The notes under the pieces are model-generated. The model did no database searches and was not told the origin of the DNA. It was given only the letters and a program-made list of their open reading frames with translations. A stretch of 64,000 bases of DNA from contig OZ242358.1 in the NCBI GenBank assembly GCA_965208835.1, forward strand, positions 3,744,001-3,808,000. Direction: 5' to 3'. Positions 19,501 through 28,120 of the stretch are shown here, piece after piece; the first letter of the stretch is position 1, and every line of letters begins with the position of its first letter. The stretch is from Candidatus Latescibacterota bacterium (GTDB taxonomy: Bacteria > Latescibacterota > UBA2968 > GCA-2709665). A program made the position numbers and the translations under genes.

Positions 19501-19821
19501 GGATGGCCGCTGCCCCTCTTCTTCCAGAACGTCCAGGGCGAATTGTTCCTGGACATCGGCGGCGCCTTTGAACGAGAGAGATGGCGCGACGGCTGGATCG
19601 CCCGCGACGGCGGCTTTGAGCTCAATGTGCCACAACACTTCCGCGGCGGGAGGTCCAAACACGGTCTCGAGAAACCGCAGATGGCAGCTGGGTACGGATT
19701 CGGCGTTCGGGTTAACCTGGGCTACTTCCTGTTCCGGTACGATCTGGCCTGGCCCACGGACTTTGCGCAGACCTACCATCCGCACCAGTATTTTTCAATT
19801 GACATTACGGGACATTTTTAG
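16576..19821 (+). CDS. Peptidase-MA-like + TolB/PD40 propeller + BamA/TamA-like barrel protein
   Basis: Signal peptide, FGKNKV, HHELVH...PLWIAEGVAE, repeated WSPDGK, C-terminal PLRG and GYGFGVRVNLG...RYDLAWP. Confidence 0.85.
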   Translation: MSRWVLLFGIVLFSCGIAMGQEYFGKNKVTYDDYDWHYLETEHFKIYFDKASQSAAEFAAKEAERSLVRLEKDLKYTLKDRYPIVIYNSHNGFSVTNITPTEQSEFTGGFTEFAQGRVVIPYTGSYADFRHVIHHELVHVVTLEMWTGGGWLGAMMTQTASLPPLWIAEGVAEYLSQGGWDREADNFMRHATITGFVPGMMSLSGAFAYKGGQSVFVMIEEEYGKDKVAEFISSFRSARSVDKALKASVGEGVEELDEKWQLWLKRQYWNEINLHHPSEEVAKQLTEAGAGRGFYNIAPSFSPQGDKIAYVTERQGTFDIYLMSAIDGQDLGRLVEGERSSDFEGLFVLRPGITWSPDGKQIAFAAKSRNKNTLYTLDVRKKRVTKRFKFDLDGLFEPTWSPDGKQIAIVGLKDGWSDVYVVDVADESLRRMTRDPYDEKHLDWSPDGKWIAISSDRPSAALAYDGSKDFEFGVYDVFVLKADGSEIRRVVESEVNDSHPTWGPDSQTLAFVSDRTGVGNVYITRVDGSQMYPISNLLSGARYIDWSADGKKLAFTTFHRGGYDIFVMKDPRKQKRGMEDLPLTRYAKRLAGIEDRPFVELQRERQQEQKAAAAVDSGGVAAQEDTAAVVAAADRKVETWMSDQMALAAAEASGGDEEEAGTDTLETDGDRELTLRDWNREFTVNKYRVKLKPEFFGANAGFDTFYGVSSLLHLSLTDVMGDHRLIIQSGLSFSLKDSDLFLGYQNLKHQTNYYLSAFHTRLFFFDRGQLNADRYFGAEASLVRPFSRFSRMELGTRGIRISRERLERERYDNRWVRRGFTGSSLRGLSGTEVDSRGAVVSYLALVDDNSLMGGFGAVDGRRVRLGVEGSWAGMRFAALNVDLREYMLALDEYTFAFRLSGGTSFGQNKRVYFVGGVNNPVNPNFSTFANVDQDRIFFSSFVWPLRGVELFELAGDTYVLANAAFRFPLIRELIMGWPLPLFFQNVQGELFLDIGGAFERERWRDGWIARDGGFELNVPQHFRGGRSKHGLEKPQMAAGYGFGVRVNLGYFLFRYDLAWPTDFAQTYHPHQYFSIDITGHF

Positions 19822-19936
19822 CAGCCAGGACGACCCAAAAATCGCGCCGGCGTATAATGCCGGTCCGCCTCTCCGCAAGTCCGGCGCGAAACCGTCTGGC
19901 GGTGCCTGAATTCGGAGTTTCGGGAGAACGTGTGAA

Positions 19937-20245
19937 TTGACGGCCAAAGACCACTACAGGGAAGGATTGAAGCTGATCTCCTCAGGCAGCCTGGACGGGG
20001 CTCTCGAGATGTTTCACAAGGCGCTGGAAGAAGATCCGGAGTTTTACATGGGGCATCTGGGCCTGGCGCAGGTCCTGGACAGGCAGGGCAAGGTCGATGA
20101 GGCGATTCTGCACGCCCGGGATGCGATTCGGATCGCTCCGGAGGAGCCGCTCGCCCATACGAGTCTCTCGAGGCTCTACCAGCAGAAGGGCATGATCGAA
20201 GAGGCGGAGGAGGCGATGGAAACCTCCCGGCGGTTGCAGTCCTGA
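19937..20245 (+). CDS. Small TPR protein
   Basis: TPR pattern (ALEEDPEFYMGHLGLAQVL, APEEPLAHTSLSRLY); GGAG upstream of TTG. Confidence 0.8.
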   Translation: MTAKDHYREGLKLISSGSLDGALEMFHKALEEDPEFYMGHLGLAQVLDRQGKVDEAILHARDAIRIAPEEPLAHTSLSRLYQQKGMIEEAEEAMETSRRLQS

Positions 20246-20267
20246 CCCCTCAAATCGGGTACATCCA

Positions 20268-20305
20268 GCAGGGCGCGGACATATTGGTTCGCGCCCGCTT
20301 TTTTT
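20268..20305 (+). terminator. Intrinsic terminator
   Basis: GGGCGCGGAC-ATATTG-GTTCGCGCCC then GCTTTTTTT. Confidence 0.7.
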
Positions 20306-21338
20306 ATTTATTCTCCATTGAATCTGCGTTTTCCACGCCGCCGAGCCTGCGGGCGAGCAGAAGACGTATCAGCCCCGGTCCACCTGCAACCAGATATGTG
20401 ATGAAGGCAAGACCATGCATCACCGTCGCGAACGCCAGGGCGTCCGCCAGTGGTACGTCGCATACCGAGTTGAGGGTCTGGCTGCAGAAATAGTGGTAAG
20501 TCCCCGTTCCTCCCGGGGTGGGTATGATAACGCCGATAGTCGAGATGACCAGGACCACGACAGCGTCGAAAAAACCGAGGTCGAAACGAGACGGAAAACC
20601 GAAGGCGAAGAACGTGACATAAGTGGTGAGTATATAAACCAGGTTGAGAAGAATGCTTGATACGAGGATTCCGATATAGCCCGAGGTTGCGCGAACGCCG
20701 CCCAATCCCTGAAACACGGAACGGAGAATTCCGGTCAGCCGGTCCGCGGCCGATCGGGAGACCCATCGTACCGGCAGAGGCACAATATTCAGTGCGCGAT
20801 CGCCGTAGATCGACAGAAGCGCAAAAAGCACAAGGATGCTCACCGTGGCAGCCAGTGCGAACAGAGCGACCCCTTCCATCCATGGGAACGCCGTGACGAT
20901 TCTCCCTCTCGAAAAATATAGGACCCCGCCTAGAAAGATGAGAAGCGCCAGCATGTCGATCGCCCGTTCTACGAGAATGGTGGCGAGAATACTGCTCAGC
21001 GGCAGGCGCCGGTCGCGTTGAAGCGCAACCCCGCGCGCGATCTCGCCGGCACGGGAAATGACGTTGGTTGCCGCGTAGCCCACGAGTATGGCATGGCTGG
21101 CTTTAAGGAAAGATATCTGACGGCTGACGGGTTTCAGGAGGATCTGCCAACGCCATGCACGGGGGAAGATCGAGAGGAAGAGCAGAAAGACACTCAGGGC
21201 AAGCCAGGAAGCGCTGGCTTGTCTGACGGCAGACCACAGCCTGGCAGGTGCGACGCCCTGAAAAGCCAACCACAGAAACCCTGTGGCGAGCGCCGCCCCG
21301 ATGGAAAACTTGAGCAATGTCTTTATGGTTTGAGGCAC
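20304..21338 (-). CDS. Lysylphosphatidylglycerol synthase TM-domain (UPF0104) membrane protein
   Basis: RAWRWQILL, RAGEIAR, VERAID, PTPGGTG; multiple TM helices. Confidence 0.88.
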   Translation of the reverse strand: MPQTIKTLLKFSIGAALATGFLWLAFQGVAPARLWSAVRQASASWLALSVFLLFLSIFPRAWRWQILLKPVSRQISFLKASHAILVGYAATNVISRAGEIARGVALQRDRRLPLSSILATILVERAIDMLALLIFLGGVLYFSRGRIVTAFPWMEGVALFALAATVSILVLFALLSIYGDRALNIVPLPVRWVSRSAADRLTGILRSVFQGLGGVRATSGYIGILVSSILLNLVYILTTYVTFFAFGFPSRFDLGFFDAVVVLVISTIGVIIPTPGGTGTYHYFCSQTLNSVCDVPLADALAFATVMHGLAFITYLVAGGPGLIRLLLARRLGGVENADSMENK

Positions 21339-21353
21339 CGTTGGTATCCACGT

Positions 21354-22244
21354 TCAGTAGCCAAATCCGCGCAGGGCCTGTTCCTTTTTCCGCCAATTCT
21401 GGACAACCTTCACCCGCAGGTCCAGATAGATCGGGGCATCCAGGAAGGCTTCAATCTTGCCTCGCGCATTCTTGCCAATGGATTTCAGTGTATTTCCGTT
21501 TCCACCGATGACGATGCCCTTCTGGGACTTCCGTTCGACGACAATACTGGCCCGTATGTAGGTTCTGTGGCCGCCTTCCCGGTACGTCTCCACTTTGACC
21601 GTCGTTGCATAGGGCAGTTCCTGACGCAGTTGCAGGAAAATCTCCTCCCTGATGAGTTCGGTGACAAAAAACCGCTCCGGGTGCTCGGTGAGCATGTCTT
21701 CCGGGAAGAATAGAGGTCCTGAAGGCAGCGCCTGCTCAAGACTGGACAGAAGCAGATCGACATTGTCACCGGATTGGGCTGAGACCGGCAGAACATCCTG
21801 TACCTGGGCCTCTTTCCTCACGGTATCTGCGCACTGCATTGCCCGGGCCGGGGAAACCAGGTCGGATTTATTGACCGCGACGATGCGCGGGCTCCGGACC
21901 CTGCGGAGGACTTCACGCATTTCCTGGTCGAACGTGGCATCGAAGGCCGAGGCGTCAATCACACCAAGAAACACATCCGCGTCACTCACGGAACGCCTTA
22001 TCTGATCGCACATTCGCTCGTGCAGACGGCAACGGGGTTGAAACAAACCCGGGGTATCCAGAAAAATCATCTGAGAGGTCCGCGAGGTGAGAATGCCCGA
22101 TACCCGGTGCCGCGTGGTCTGAGGTTTTGCGGTTACAATGGACAGGCGTTCGCCGACGAGCAGGTTAAACAGCGTGGACTTGCCCACGTTGGCCTTGCCG
22201 GCGATGGCGATATATCCGGATTTGAAATCGTCCGCGTTTTGCAT
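21354..22244 (-). CDS. era: GTPase Era
   Basis: GKANVGKST, KPQTTR, DTPG, NKSD, KH-domain GIVIG. Confidence 0.97.
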   Translation of the reverse strand: MQNADDFKSGYIAIAGKANVGKSTLFNLLVGERLSIVTAKPQTTRHRVSGILTSRTSQMIFLDTPGLFQPRCRLHERMCDQIRRSVSDADVFLGVIDASAFDATFDQEMREVLRRVRSPRIVAVNKSDLVSPARAMQCADTVRKEAQVQDVLPVSAQSGDNVDLLLSSLEQALPSGPLFFPEDMLTEHPERFFVTELIREEIFLQLRQELPYATTVKVETYREGGHRTYIRASIVVERKSQKGIVIGGNGNTLKSIGKNARGKIEAFLDAPIYLDLRVKVVQNWRKKEQALRGFGY

Positions 22245-22259
22245 AAAAGAGTTCAGAAT

Positions 22260-23207
22260 TCAGAAATACAAGGAACCCGAGATGCGGTAGGTGTTGTCCA
22301 ATTCACCATGTTCCAGAAAGGCGAGGTCGAAAGCAACGCGTCTCCCCAGCCTGACGCCCGCACCTGCGGTAAAGTGATTTCCCCTTGCACCCAGACGCAA
22401 GGCCAGCTTGTTCCGGTACAGGTATTCAATGCCGACTCTCGCACCCTGAAAATTGTCCGCGGCGGACTTTTCCTCTCCGACGCTGATACTCCCGCTGCAG
22501 GTGATCACTCCGTCAGCCGACTCAACAGGCCGCGCGAGCGCGAGCCCGAACACAAGGACCGGCGGGACCCGGTCCGACGAGCCGGAGTCGAAAGTGATCT
22601 TCAGGGGAATGAGATTACGAACCATCAGTCCGGCGGTGAGGCCGTGACGGGGGATATAGAGCATGCCGAAATCGATACCGAATCCCGATCCTTTTCCGGC
22701 GTCGAGGTTGCGGGATACGAGCTTCACTCCGGCGCCCGCGGACAGATTCGACCTCAGGCGCCGGCCAAAGGCAAGATGCAGGTGGTACTCAGTTGTACCC
22801 GCGACACGGGAGACGACGGGACGATTGTCCGGGCCCGGCGCAAATGTTGGATTTTCAAGAGTGGTGATCTTGACGCCGTCCACGCCCAGGCGCGTAAGGC
22901 CGACGCCAAATCCGCCGAGAGGAGAAGGCCCGCACAGGGTAAAGACGTCATGGTTGACCGTCCCGCCGAACTGCTCGGCATGTTGTATCTGCAATTCTCG
23001 CCGCCGGAGCCGTTCAAGGCCTGCGGGGTTCCAATAAATGGCTGTCGCATCGTCACTTACGGCCACAAAAGCGCTGCCCATCCCCAGAGGTCTTGCGCCA
23101 GCGCCGAGCAGCAGCGGGTCTTCTGAATAACGGGTTTCGTCCTGCGCTGTAACCGGCACGGGTCGCGACAGGGCGAGCATCAGAATCGCTAGGAGAAACT
23201 GCTTCAC
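22260..23207 (-). CDS. PorV/PorQ family outer-membrane protein
   Basis: GTG start VKQFLLAILMLAL; GAGARPLGMGSAFVAVSDDATAIYWNPAGL; terminal Phe; upstream ORF extension is MITE sequence. Confidence 0.85.
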   Translation of the reverse strand: MKQFLLAILMLALSRPVPVTAQDETRYSEDPLLLGAGARPLGMGSAFVAVSDDATAIYWNPAGLERLRRRELQIQHAEQFGGTVNHDVFTLCGPSPLGGFGVGLTRLGVDGVKITTLENPTFAPGPDNRPVVSRVAGTTEYHLHLAFGRRLRSNLSAGAGVKLVSRNLDAGKGSGFGIDFGMLYIPRHGLTAGLMVRNLIPLKITFDSGSSDRVPPVLVFGLALARPVESADGVITCSGSISVGEEKSAADNFQGARVGIEYLYRNKLALRLGARGNHFTAGAGVRLGRRVAFDLAFLEHGELDNTYRISGSLYF

Positions 23208-23222
23208 GGGACGGACTCTTAC

Positions 23223-23382
23223 CAGCCCGTTGAAAAAGCCCATCCGGGCTGCGGACGGCCCTTGCGGTCGAAATACTGCGTTGCGCGCCCTCGCCGAATC
23301 GCAGGATGGGACTCGGTTGCGCGTCTTGTCTTCGGCCGCGATAGCTCGGCCTCGCCTGCAGAGCGACTTTATCATCGGACTG
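23223..23382 (+). mobile_element. MITE family A, full length (160 bp)
   Basis: TIRs; perfect TTAC duplication containing the adjacent gene's TAA stop. Confidence 0.9.
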
Positions 23383-23949
23383 TTACGGTATGAAATCAAA
23401 GGTTGGAACAAGAATCGCGGTGCTTCCCGGCCGGAGAGCGGAGTCCAGAGCCTTGATGTCGGACGAAACAAGGGCGATGCCGAAGGTCCTGTCAGGCAGA
23501 GGAAATTCGTACGGCTGGATGAGCAGGGAAGGTGAGAAATACAACCTGGAACGACCCCGGGGACCCTCTATCAGCCGGCCACTGAAATCAATCGGTAGCC
23601 GTCGGCCGCGAAGCCGGAGCCCGGAATTTCCGGGTTCGACACTGTGGGGGGCAAGCCGGGCGATCATTTGGAGTTGCGACGACGACGGGTTTGACGCTTC
23701 CGCAAGTCGATAATTCTGAATTGCGCATACCCTCAGGATATGCGCTCCGGCCTTCAGATAGACCTTGCGGGTTGGAAGGTCGATGACGAGGTAGTAGTCG
23801 TCGGGATTCTTGCTTACGAATCGAAGTTCGAGGTCCAGTGCCTGTTTTCTGTTAAGAAGCGTCTGTTCGAGCGAGTCCGGAGCGCTCGCGGCGCCGGCCG
23901 GGACAGACGGTATGGACAAGGAGATCAGGATGGCGAAAGGTAGAGTCAA
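23383..23949 (-). CDS. Exported hypothetical protein, partial L,D-transpeptidase-like fold
   Basis: Signal-like N-terminus; YYLVIDLPTRKVYLK strand; no HGC motif; start inferred from overlap with upstream stop. Confidence 0.55.
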   Translation of the reverse strand: MTLPFAILISLSIPSVPAGAASAPDSLEQTLLNRKQALDLELRFVSKNPDDYYLVIDLPTRKVYLKAGAHILRVCAIQNYRLAEASNPSSSQLQMIARLAPHSVEPGNSGLRLRGRRLPIDFSGRLIEGPRGRSRLYFSPSLLIQPYEFPLPDRTFGIALVSSDIKALDSALRPGSTAILVPTFDFIP

Positions 23950-24572
23950 TAGATGTACACACGGCTTCCGGTGTGTGCCCTGGCGAACGTGGACTTGAGG
24001 TCGGCGTCGTTCAGACGAATGCATCCGTGGGTGATATTTCGCCCGATCAGATTCGGGTAGAGATTGCCGTGAATCTCGTAGCCGTCGCCCAGATCCAGTG
24101 CGAACTTGCCCAGCGTGACCGGATCCAGGCGTCTGAAATCCCACGGTAGTACGGGAGCCTCCAGACCTGCCTCCACGAAAGCCCATTCCGGCTTCTGCCA
24201 TATCGGGTTCACCACTTTTCGCCGGATTTCGAATCGTCCTTTCGGCGTGTTGAACCGCCACAATTTCCGCTTGTCGCTCAACAGAATCTTTCCGCTTCCG
24301 GTTGCGCAGACCGCTTCCTCCAATAGACGGTTTCGGTGCCAGACCTGCAGGCGATTGTGTACCGTGTCGATAACTATATTCGGCCTTTCGTCCAACAACG
24401 CGTTGAGGGCGGCTTCCAGCCTCTCGATTTCCACCTCAAGACGCTTAACTGCTGACGACGAAACGGGGGCGCCTGCCGGACCGGTGCGCGGGCTCGGGGC
24501 GTCCTTCGGACCCGTCTGGCAAGCGACGGTGACCAACAAAGATAGAGAAAAAGAGAAAGAAAACCGGAGCAT
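23946..24572 (-). CDS. L,D-transpeptidase (YkuD-like) lipoprotein
   Basis: Lipobox TVAC; IHG...ITHGCIRL catalytic motif. Confidence 0.9.
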   Translation of the reverse strand: MLRFSFSFSLSLLVTVACQTGPKDAPSPRTGPAGAPVSSSAVKRLEVEIERLEAALNALLDERPNIVIDTVHNRLQVWHRNRLLEEAVCATGSGKILLSDKRKLWRFNTPKGRFEIRRKVVNPIWQKPEWAFVEAGLEAPVLPWDFRRLDPVTLGKFALDLGDGYEIHGNLYPNLIGRNITHGCIRLNDADLKSTFARAHTGSRVYIY

Positions 24573-24587
24573 GCAAAGCGTACCAAA

Positions 24588-24773
24588 GAAGCTGTCTTAA
24601 AATTCCCAGCGGTCTTCGCACGGCTGCAAAAGCGCCAGTCGGCGTTGGTCAAACCCACCCGTCCTACGAGATCGAGGCTGCGCTTGCTCGCCTCTCATAG
24701 GCGAGTCTTCCCGCCTTGACCGCCACTTTTTCGCTCGTGCTCGGGAACTCACCGGTAATTTTAAAACAGCTTC
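24588..24773 (+). mobile_element. MITE family B (186 bp)
   Basis: TIRs GAAGCTGTCTTAAAATT / AATTTTAAAACAGCTTC; four copies in window. Confidence 0.88.
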
Positions 24774-24778
24774 TAAAA

Positions 24779-24818
24779 CTGGAAAACCGAGAAGAGTGAA
24801 GGCTTCTCGGTTTTCCAG
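24779..24818 (-). terminator. 16-bp perfect stem-loop, probable terminator
   Basis: CTGGAAAACCGAGAAG-N8-CTTCTCGGTTTTCCAG, 30 nt after the lipoprotein stop. Confidence 0.65.
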
Positions 24819-24848
24819 ATTAACAGCTTGATTGAACGCAGCGTTGGA

Positions 24849-25451
24849 CTATCGTAGATACCAGGCTTTGTTTTCCTCTTTCCAGTCTTCGATTTTCTGC
24901 ATTGCGGTACCAACTGCGTCCTTTACCCCGCCCAACTTGCCTTCCGCGGTCTGAGCCTGGGCAAGGGCATCCATGAACATACCGTTTTCCAGGCTTCCCT
25001 TTGCGCTATTCAAGGACGCCTCGGCTTCCCCAAGGTCTGCATCGAGCTGGTCCAGATCTTCATCCGCCCCTTTTCCGCGGGGCGCCGCATTAAGCGCTTC
25101 ACGGGCTTCCGCCAGACCTGGAGAGGTCGAATCTATGATCGCCTGAGCGTCGTCGCGTGTTTTCGCCTTGTTGGTTTCCGCCTGTGTTACGGACTGGTTT
25201 GCGCGTTCCTCCGCTTCGATTGCGGCGGCTCTGGCCTCTTTATATTCGCCTTTTTCTGTTTTGTCCTTGGCATCCTGCAATGTATTCGTGGCTGAACGGA
25301 AAATCTCCTCGGCGTAGACATCGGCCTCGGCGGCCTTTGCTTTGCTGAGGGCGCCTTCCGCGGCTTTGATTTCTTCTTCGGGAGGTTGTTCGCAAGCCAC
25401 AAAGGCCGCGGCAAAACAAACAGCAAGGCCGATTCTCAGAACAGATCGCAT
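24849..25451 (-). CDS. Alanine-rich coiled-coil lipoprotein (DUF4398-like)
   Basis: Lipobox FVAC; PPEEEIKAAEGALSKAKAAEADVYA; GGAGG RBS. Confidence 0.75.
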   Translation of the reverse strand: MRSVLRIGLAVCFAAAFVACEQPPEEEIKAAEGALSKAKAAEADVYAEEIFRSATNTLQDAKDKTEKGEYKEARAAAIEAEERANQSVTQAETNKAKTRDDAQAIIDSTSPGLAEAREALNAAPRGKGADEDLDQLDADLGEAEASLNSAKGSLENGMFMDALAQAQTAEGKLGGVKDAVGTAMQKIEDWKEENKAWYLR

Positions 25452-25550
25452 CTCCCCTCCTTGGTTGATAAGACCTCGAACGTTGCCAACAAGTCAAACA
25501 GAAATAACCATTTCCGAAACAACCCACAGTAAATACATTTATACAGGAAG

Positions 25551-25579
25551 AAGATACATCCTAAGTTCAACAATGTCAA
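25551..25579 (-). promoter_or_regulatory. Sigma70-type promoter
   Basis: TTGACA-N17-TATCTT about 100 nt upstream of the lipoprotein gene. Confidence 0.65.
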
Positions 25580-25733
25580 GCGATTTCTCCACAAATTTCG
25601 CCACTGCGCACCGGGAAGACTCGATCCGGGCGGCGCCTGGAATGCCGACAACAAAGGGTGTAATAGAGAGAGATGGAACCCCCGGTACCCACGATGAATC
25701 CAGTCCCGCCAGACCGCGTCCGTGCCCCTCTCG

Positions 25734-25859
25734 CAGCCCGTTGAAAAAGCCCTTGCGGTCGAAATACTGCGTTGCGCTCCCCCGCCGAATCGCTGGACGG
25801 GACTCGGTCGCGCGCCTTGTCTTCGGCCTCGCCTGCATAGCGACTTTATCAACGGACTG
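25734..25859 (+). mobile_element. MITE family A, 126-bp double-deletion variant
   Basis: Both TIRs intact; 16-bp and 18-bp internal deletions. Confidence 0.85.
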
Positions 25860-26034
25860 TTTGCGGTTGCGAGCCCCTGGGGCAGACGGTATATTGGGGG
25901 CGCTCGGGAATCTACCGGCAGGTCGGTGTCGTGTGGCAGCCCGGGCCCGGAACAGAATTGACTCCCCGATCGGGGCTGCGACGTCGAAGTCCTCAGTTCC
26001 CGCCAACATCAGGATCACGGAATCGTAATCTTAC

Positions 26035-26194
26035 CAGCCCGTTGAAAAAGTCCATCCGGGCTACGGCCGGCCCTTGCGGTCGAAATACTGCGTTGCGCTC
26101 CCTCGCCGAATCGCTGGATGGGACTCGGTTGCGCGCCTTGTCTTCGGCCACAATGGCTCGGCCTCGCCTGCAGAGCGACTTTTCCAAAGGACTG
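26035..26194 (+). mobile_element. MITE family A, full length (160 bp)
   Basis: TIRs; perfect TTAC duplication. Confidence 0.9.
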
Positions 26195-26251
26195 TTACGG
26201 ACAACAGCAACACATCGACAGAAGACACTGCAGGAACAACAGGAGGAATCC

Positions 26252-26488
26252 ATGGGATTCGAAAACCAACTGGGTGTTGCAGCGCTCTCGGTACTGGGAA
26301 CATTGCTTCTCCGATGGATCGGGGTTCCCAAACGTTGGACGCCGGTGACGCCTCTGGTTCTGTCGATGCTGATCGTTGGGTTTTTCGGAGAACTTGAGAA
26401 ATTCAGCGACACACTGAGGATCGGTCTCGTCAGTGGGCTGTTCGCCAATGGATTCCTATTCCTTCTTCTTGGCACCCGGAATGGATGA
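26252..26488 (+). CDS. Small 3-TM membrane protein (78 aa), holin-like pattern
   Basis: AGGAGG RBS; MGFENQLGVAALSVLGTLLLRWIGVPKRWTP...GLVSGLFANG. Confidence 0.6.
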   Translation: MGFENQLGVAALSVLGTLLLRWIGVPKRWTPVTPLVLSMLIVGFFGELEKFSDTLRIGLVSGLFANGFLFLLLGTRNG

Positions 26489-27625
26489 CCTTATTCGAAG
26501 ACGATTGAGGTCATCCAGTAGTTGCTTGGCGTCGAATACGACGGAATTCTTCGAAGTGCGTTTTTCCTTACGCACGTAGGCTTCGAGCGCTTCCCGGGCT
26601 TCTTCGTGGCGACCGTCTCGATAGCAGGCCAGCCCCAGGTAAAAGTAAGCGTCTGTCTGAAGCGAATCGGCCTCGACCGCGTTCCGAAGATGCGCAATAG
26701 AATTTTCATAATTGCGAATGTTGAAGTACGACACCCCCAGTTTCAGATAGACTGAAGCATCATCCGCCCCGGCAGCCGTCGCCTTTCGATAGGTGTCGGC
26801 GGCCGTTTCATAATCCCCCCGATTAAACGCCAGGTTGCCTAGACTTACGTAGGCCTCACCGTATTGCGGGTCGATCTCCAATGCCATCAGATAGGCGGCC
26901 CGTGCCTTCCCGAGTTTCCCTTCCTGTGCGTATGCCATTCCCAGATTTCTGTAGATGTAGCGGCGTTCCGCGGTGTCGGACTGAAACTGAAGCGCCTTTT
27001 CATAGATTTCAATGGCTTTGTCCGCCCGTCCCGTATATATATATGTAAGGCCCAGATTGAGATACGCGTCCGTAAATTTGTCGTTGAGTTTGACCGCACG
27101 TCTGTACTCCGCAACTGCCTGATCGGCGTATCCTTTATGGTAATAGGCCAGCCCCATCAGATTTCGCACGAAAGCCGACCCGGGTTTGAGTTCCAGCGCG
27201 GCTCTATATTGCGCCAGGGCCGAGTCATAATTCCCTTTGTGATAGTATGTTCTGCCCAGATCGACACGTGCATGAAAGATTCGGGGATTGGCTCTTGTCG
27301 ACCGTTTCAGGTATTCAAGTCGTTCATCGGGCCGTGTCAGCAGGCGCCCGTACAGGTAAAGGCCCACGGCCGACCCGGGTCTGGCCTGCAGGCGTCTCAG
27401 GTATTCGGAAAGCACCTCCCGTCGACGGTCCGCCTTTATCATCAAATCCTGGTAATGCATATTCGCCTGGATGTCCTTGGGCCGCACATTGATCAGGCGC
27501 CGGAAATGAGCCAGTTCAGCATCATTGCCTCCGACCTCTGCGCCATGGGTCGGGCTTCCGAACCATCCGATGCCAATGAGAATAACGAAGATCAGAGTGT
27601 TAGACACATGCGCCTCGGTAGACAA
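26456..27625 (-). CDS. Exported multi-TPR protein
   Basis: Signal-like N-terminus; about 8 TPR repeats (AYLNLGLTY, AYVSLGNL, AYFYLGL). Confidence 0.88.
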   Translation of the reverse strand: MSTEAHVSNTLIFVILIGIGWFGSPTHGAEVGGNDAELAHFRRLINVRPKDIQANMHYQDLMIKADRRREVLSEYLRRLQARPGSAVGLYLYGRLLTRPDERLEYLKRSTRANPRIFHARVDLGRTYYHKGNYDSALAQYRAALELKPGSAFVRNLMGLAYYHKGYADQAVAEYRRAVKLNDKFTDAYLNLGLTYIYTGRADKAIEIYEKALQFQSDTAERRYIYRNLGMAYAQEGKLGKARAAYLMALEIDPQYGEAYVSLGNLAFNRGDYETAADTYRKATAAGADDASVYLKLGVSYFNIRNYENSIAHLRNAVEADSLQTDAYFYLGLACYRDGRHEEAREALEAYVRKEKRTSKNSVVFDAKQLLDDLNRLRIRSSIPGAKKKE

Positions 27626-27650
27626 CAGTCAAACGCAGGATATCGCCTGG

Positions 27651-27749
27651 CGGCCCGTTGAAAAAGCCCCTCCGGGCAACGGCCGGCCCCTGCGATCGAA
27701 ATACTGCGCTGCACCCCCTCGTCTGAAGAGCGATTCTTTCAACGGACTG
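27651..27749 (+). mobile_element. MITE family A, 99-bp short variant, diverged
   Basis: Both TIRs; same internal deletion as the copy at 36656-36754. Confidence 0.75.
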
Positions 27750-27841
27750 TTGGACCTGATCCGCCGCATCCGGACTTCAACGACAATTCCGACCTGCGAC
27801 CCGTTTGCAACGCCGGTGACAGGTGTGGACCCGGCGGCCAC

Positions 27842-27882
27842 GAAAAGGGGGTGATAGCATCGTCTCTATCGCCCCTCTTTTC
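27842..27882. terminator. Possibly bidirectional terminator hairpin
   Basis: GAAAAGGGGGTGATAG-N8-CTATCGCCCCTCTTTTC. Confidence 0.6.
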
Positions 27883-28120
27883 CTGCGATGGCTTGCGAGC
27901 CAAAATGCCATTCAGCAAGAAAGCAATTAACGAATGATGTCGAATCGCGTCAGCCGCGGCGGGGTAGACATTCAGATAAACCGGCGAATGCCCGCATTCC
28001 GGATGTCGAAGGGGTGTGAACTGACGGCACCAGTAGGGGAATCCTGCACTTTCGGACCGAACATCGCGGCTGCAGGAACCGCATTCTGGTTTTGGGCGGA
28101 ACGGAATCGCCGACGTGCAC

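Noticed and set aside
26252-27625. Prophage remnant around the holin-like gene
   Set aside because: No integrase, endolysin, structural genes or att-like repeats.
27750-28120. Unexplained intergenic stretch as a possible ncRNA
   Set aside because: Apart from one terminator hairpin I could not identify tRNA, tmRNA, SRP, RNase P or riboswitch signatures.
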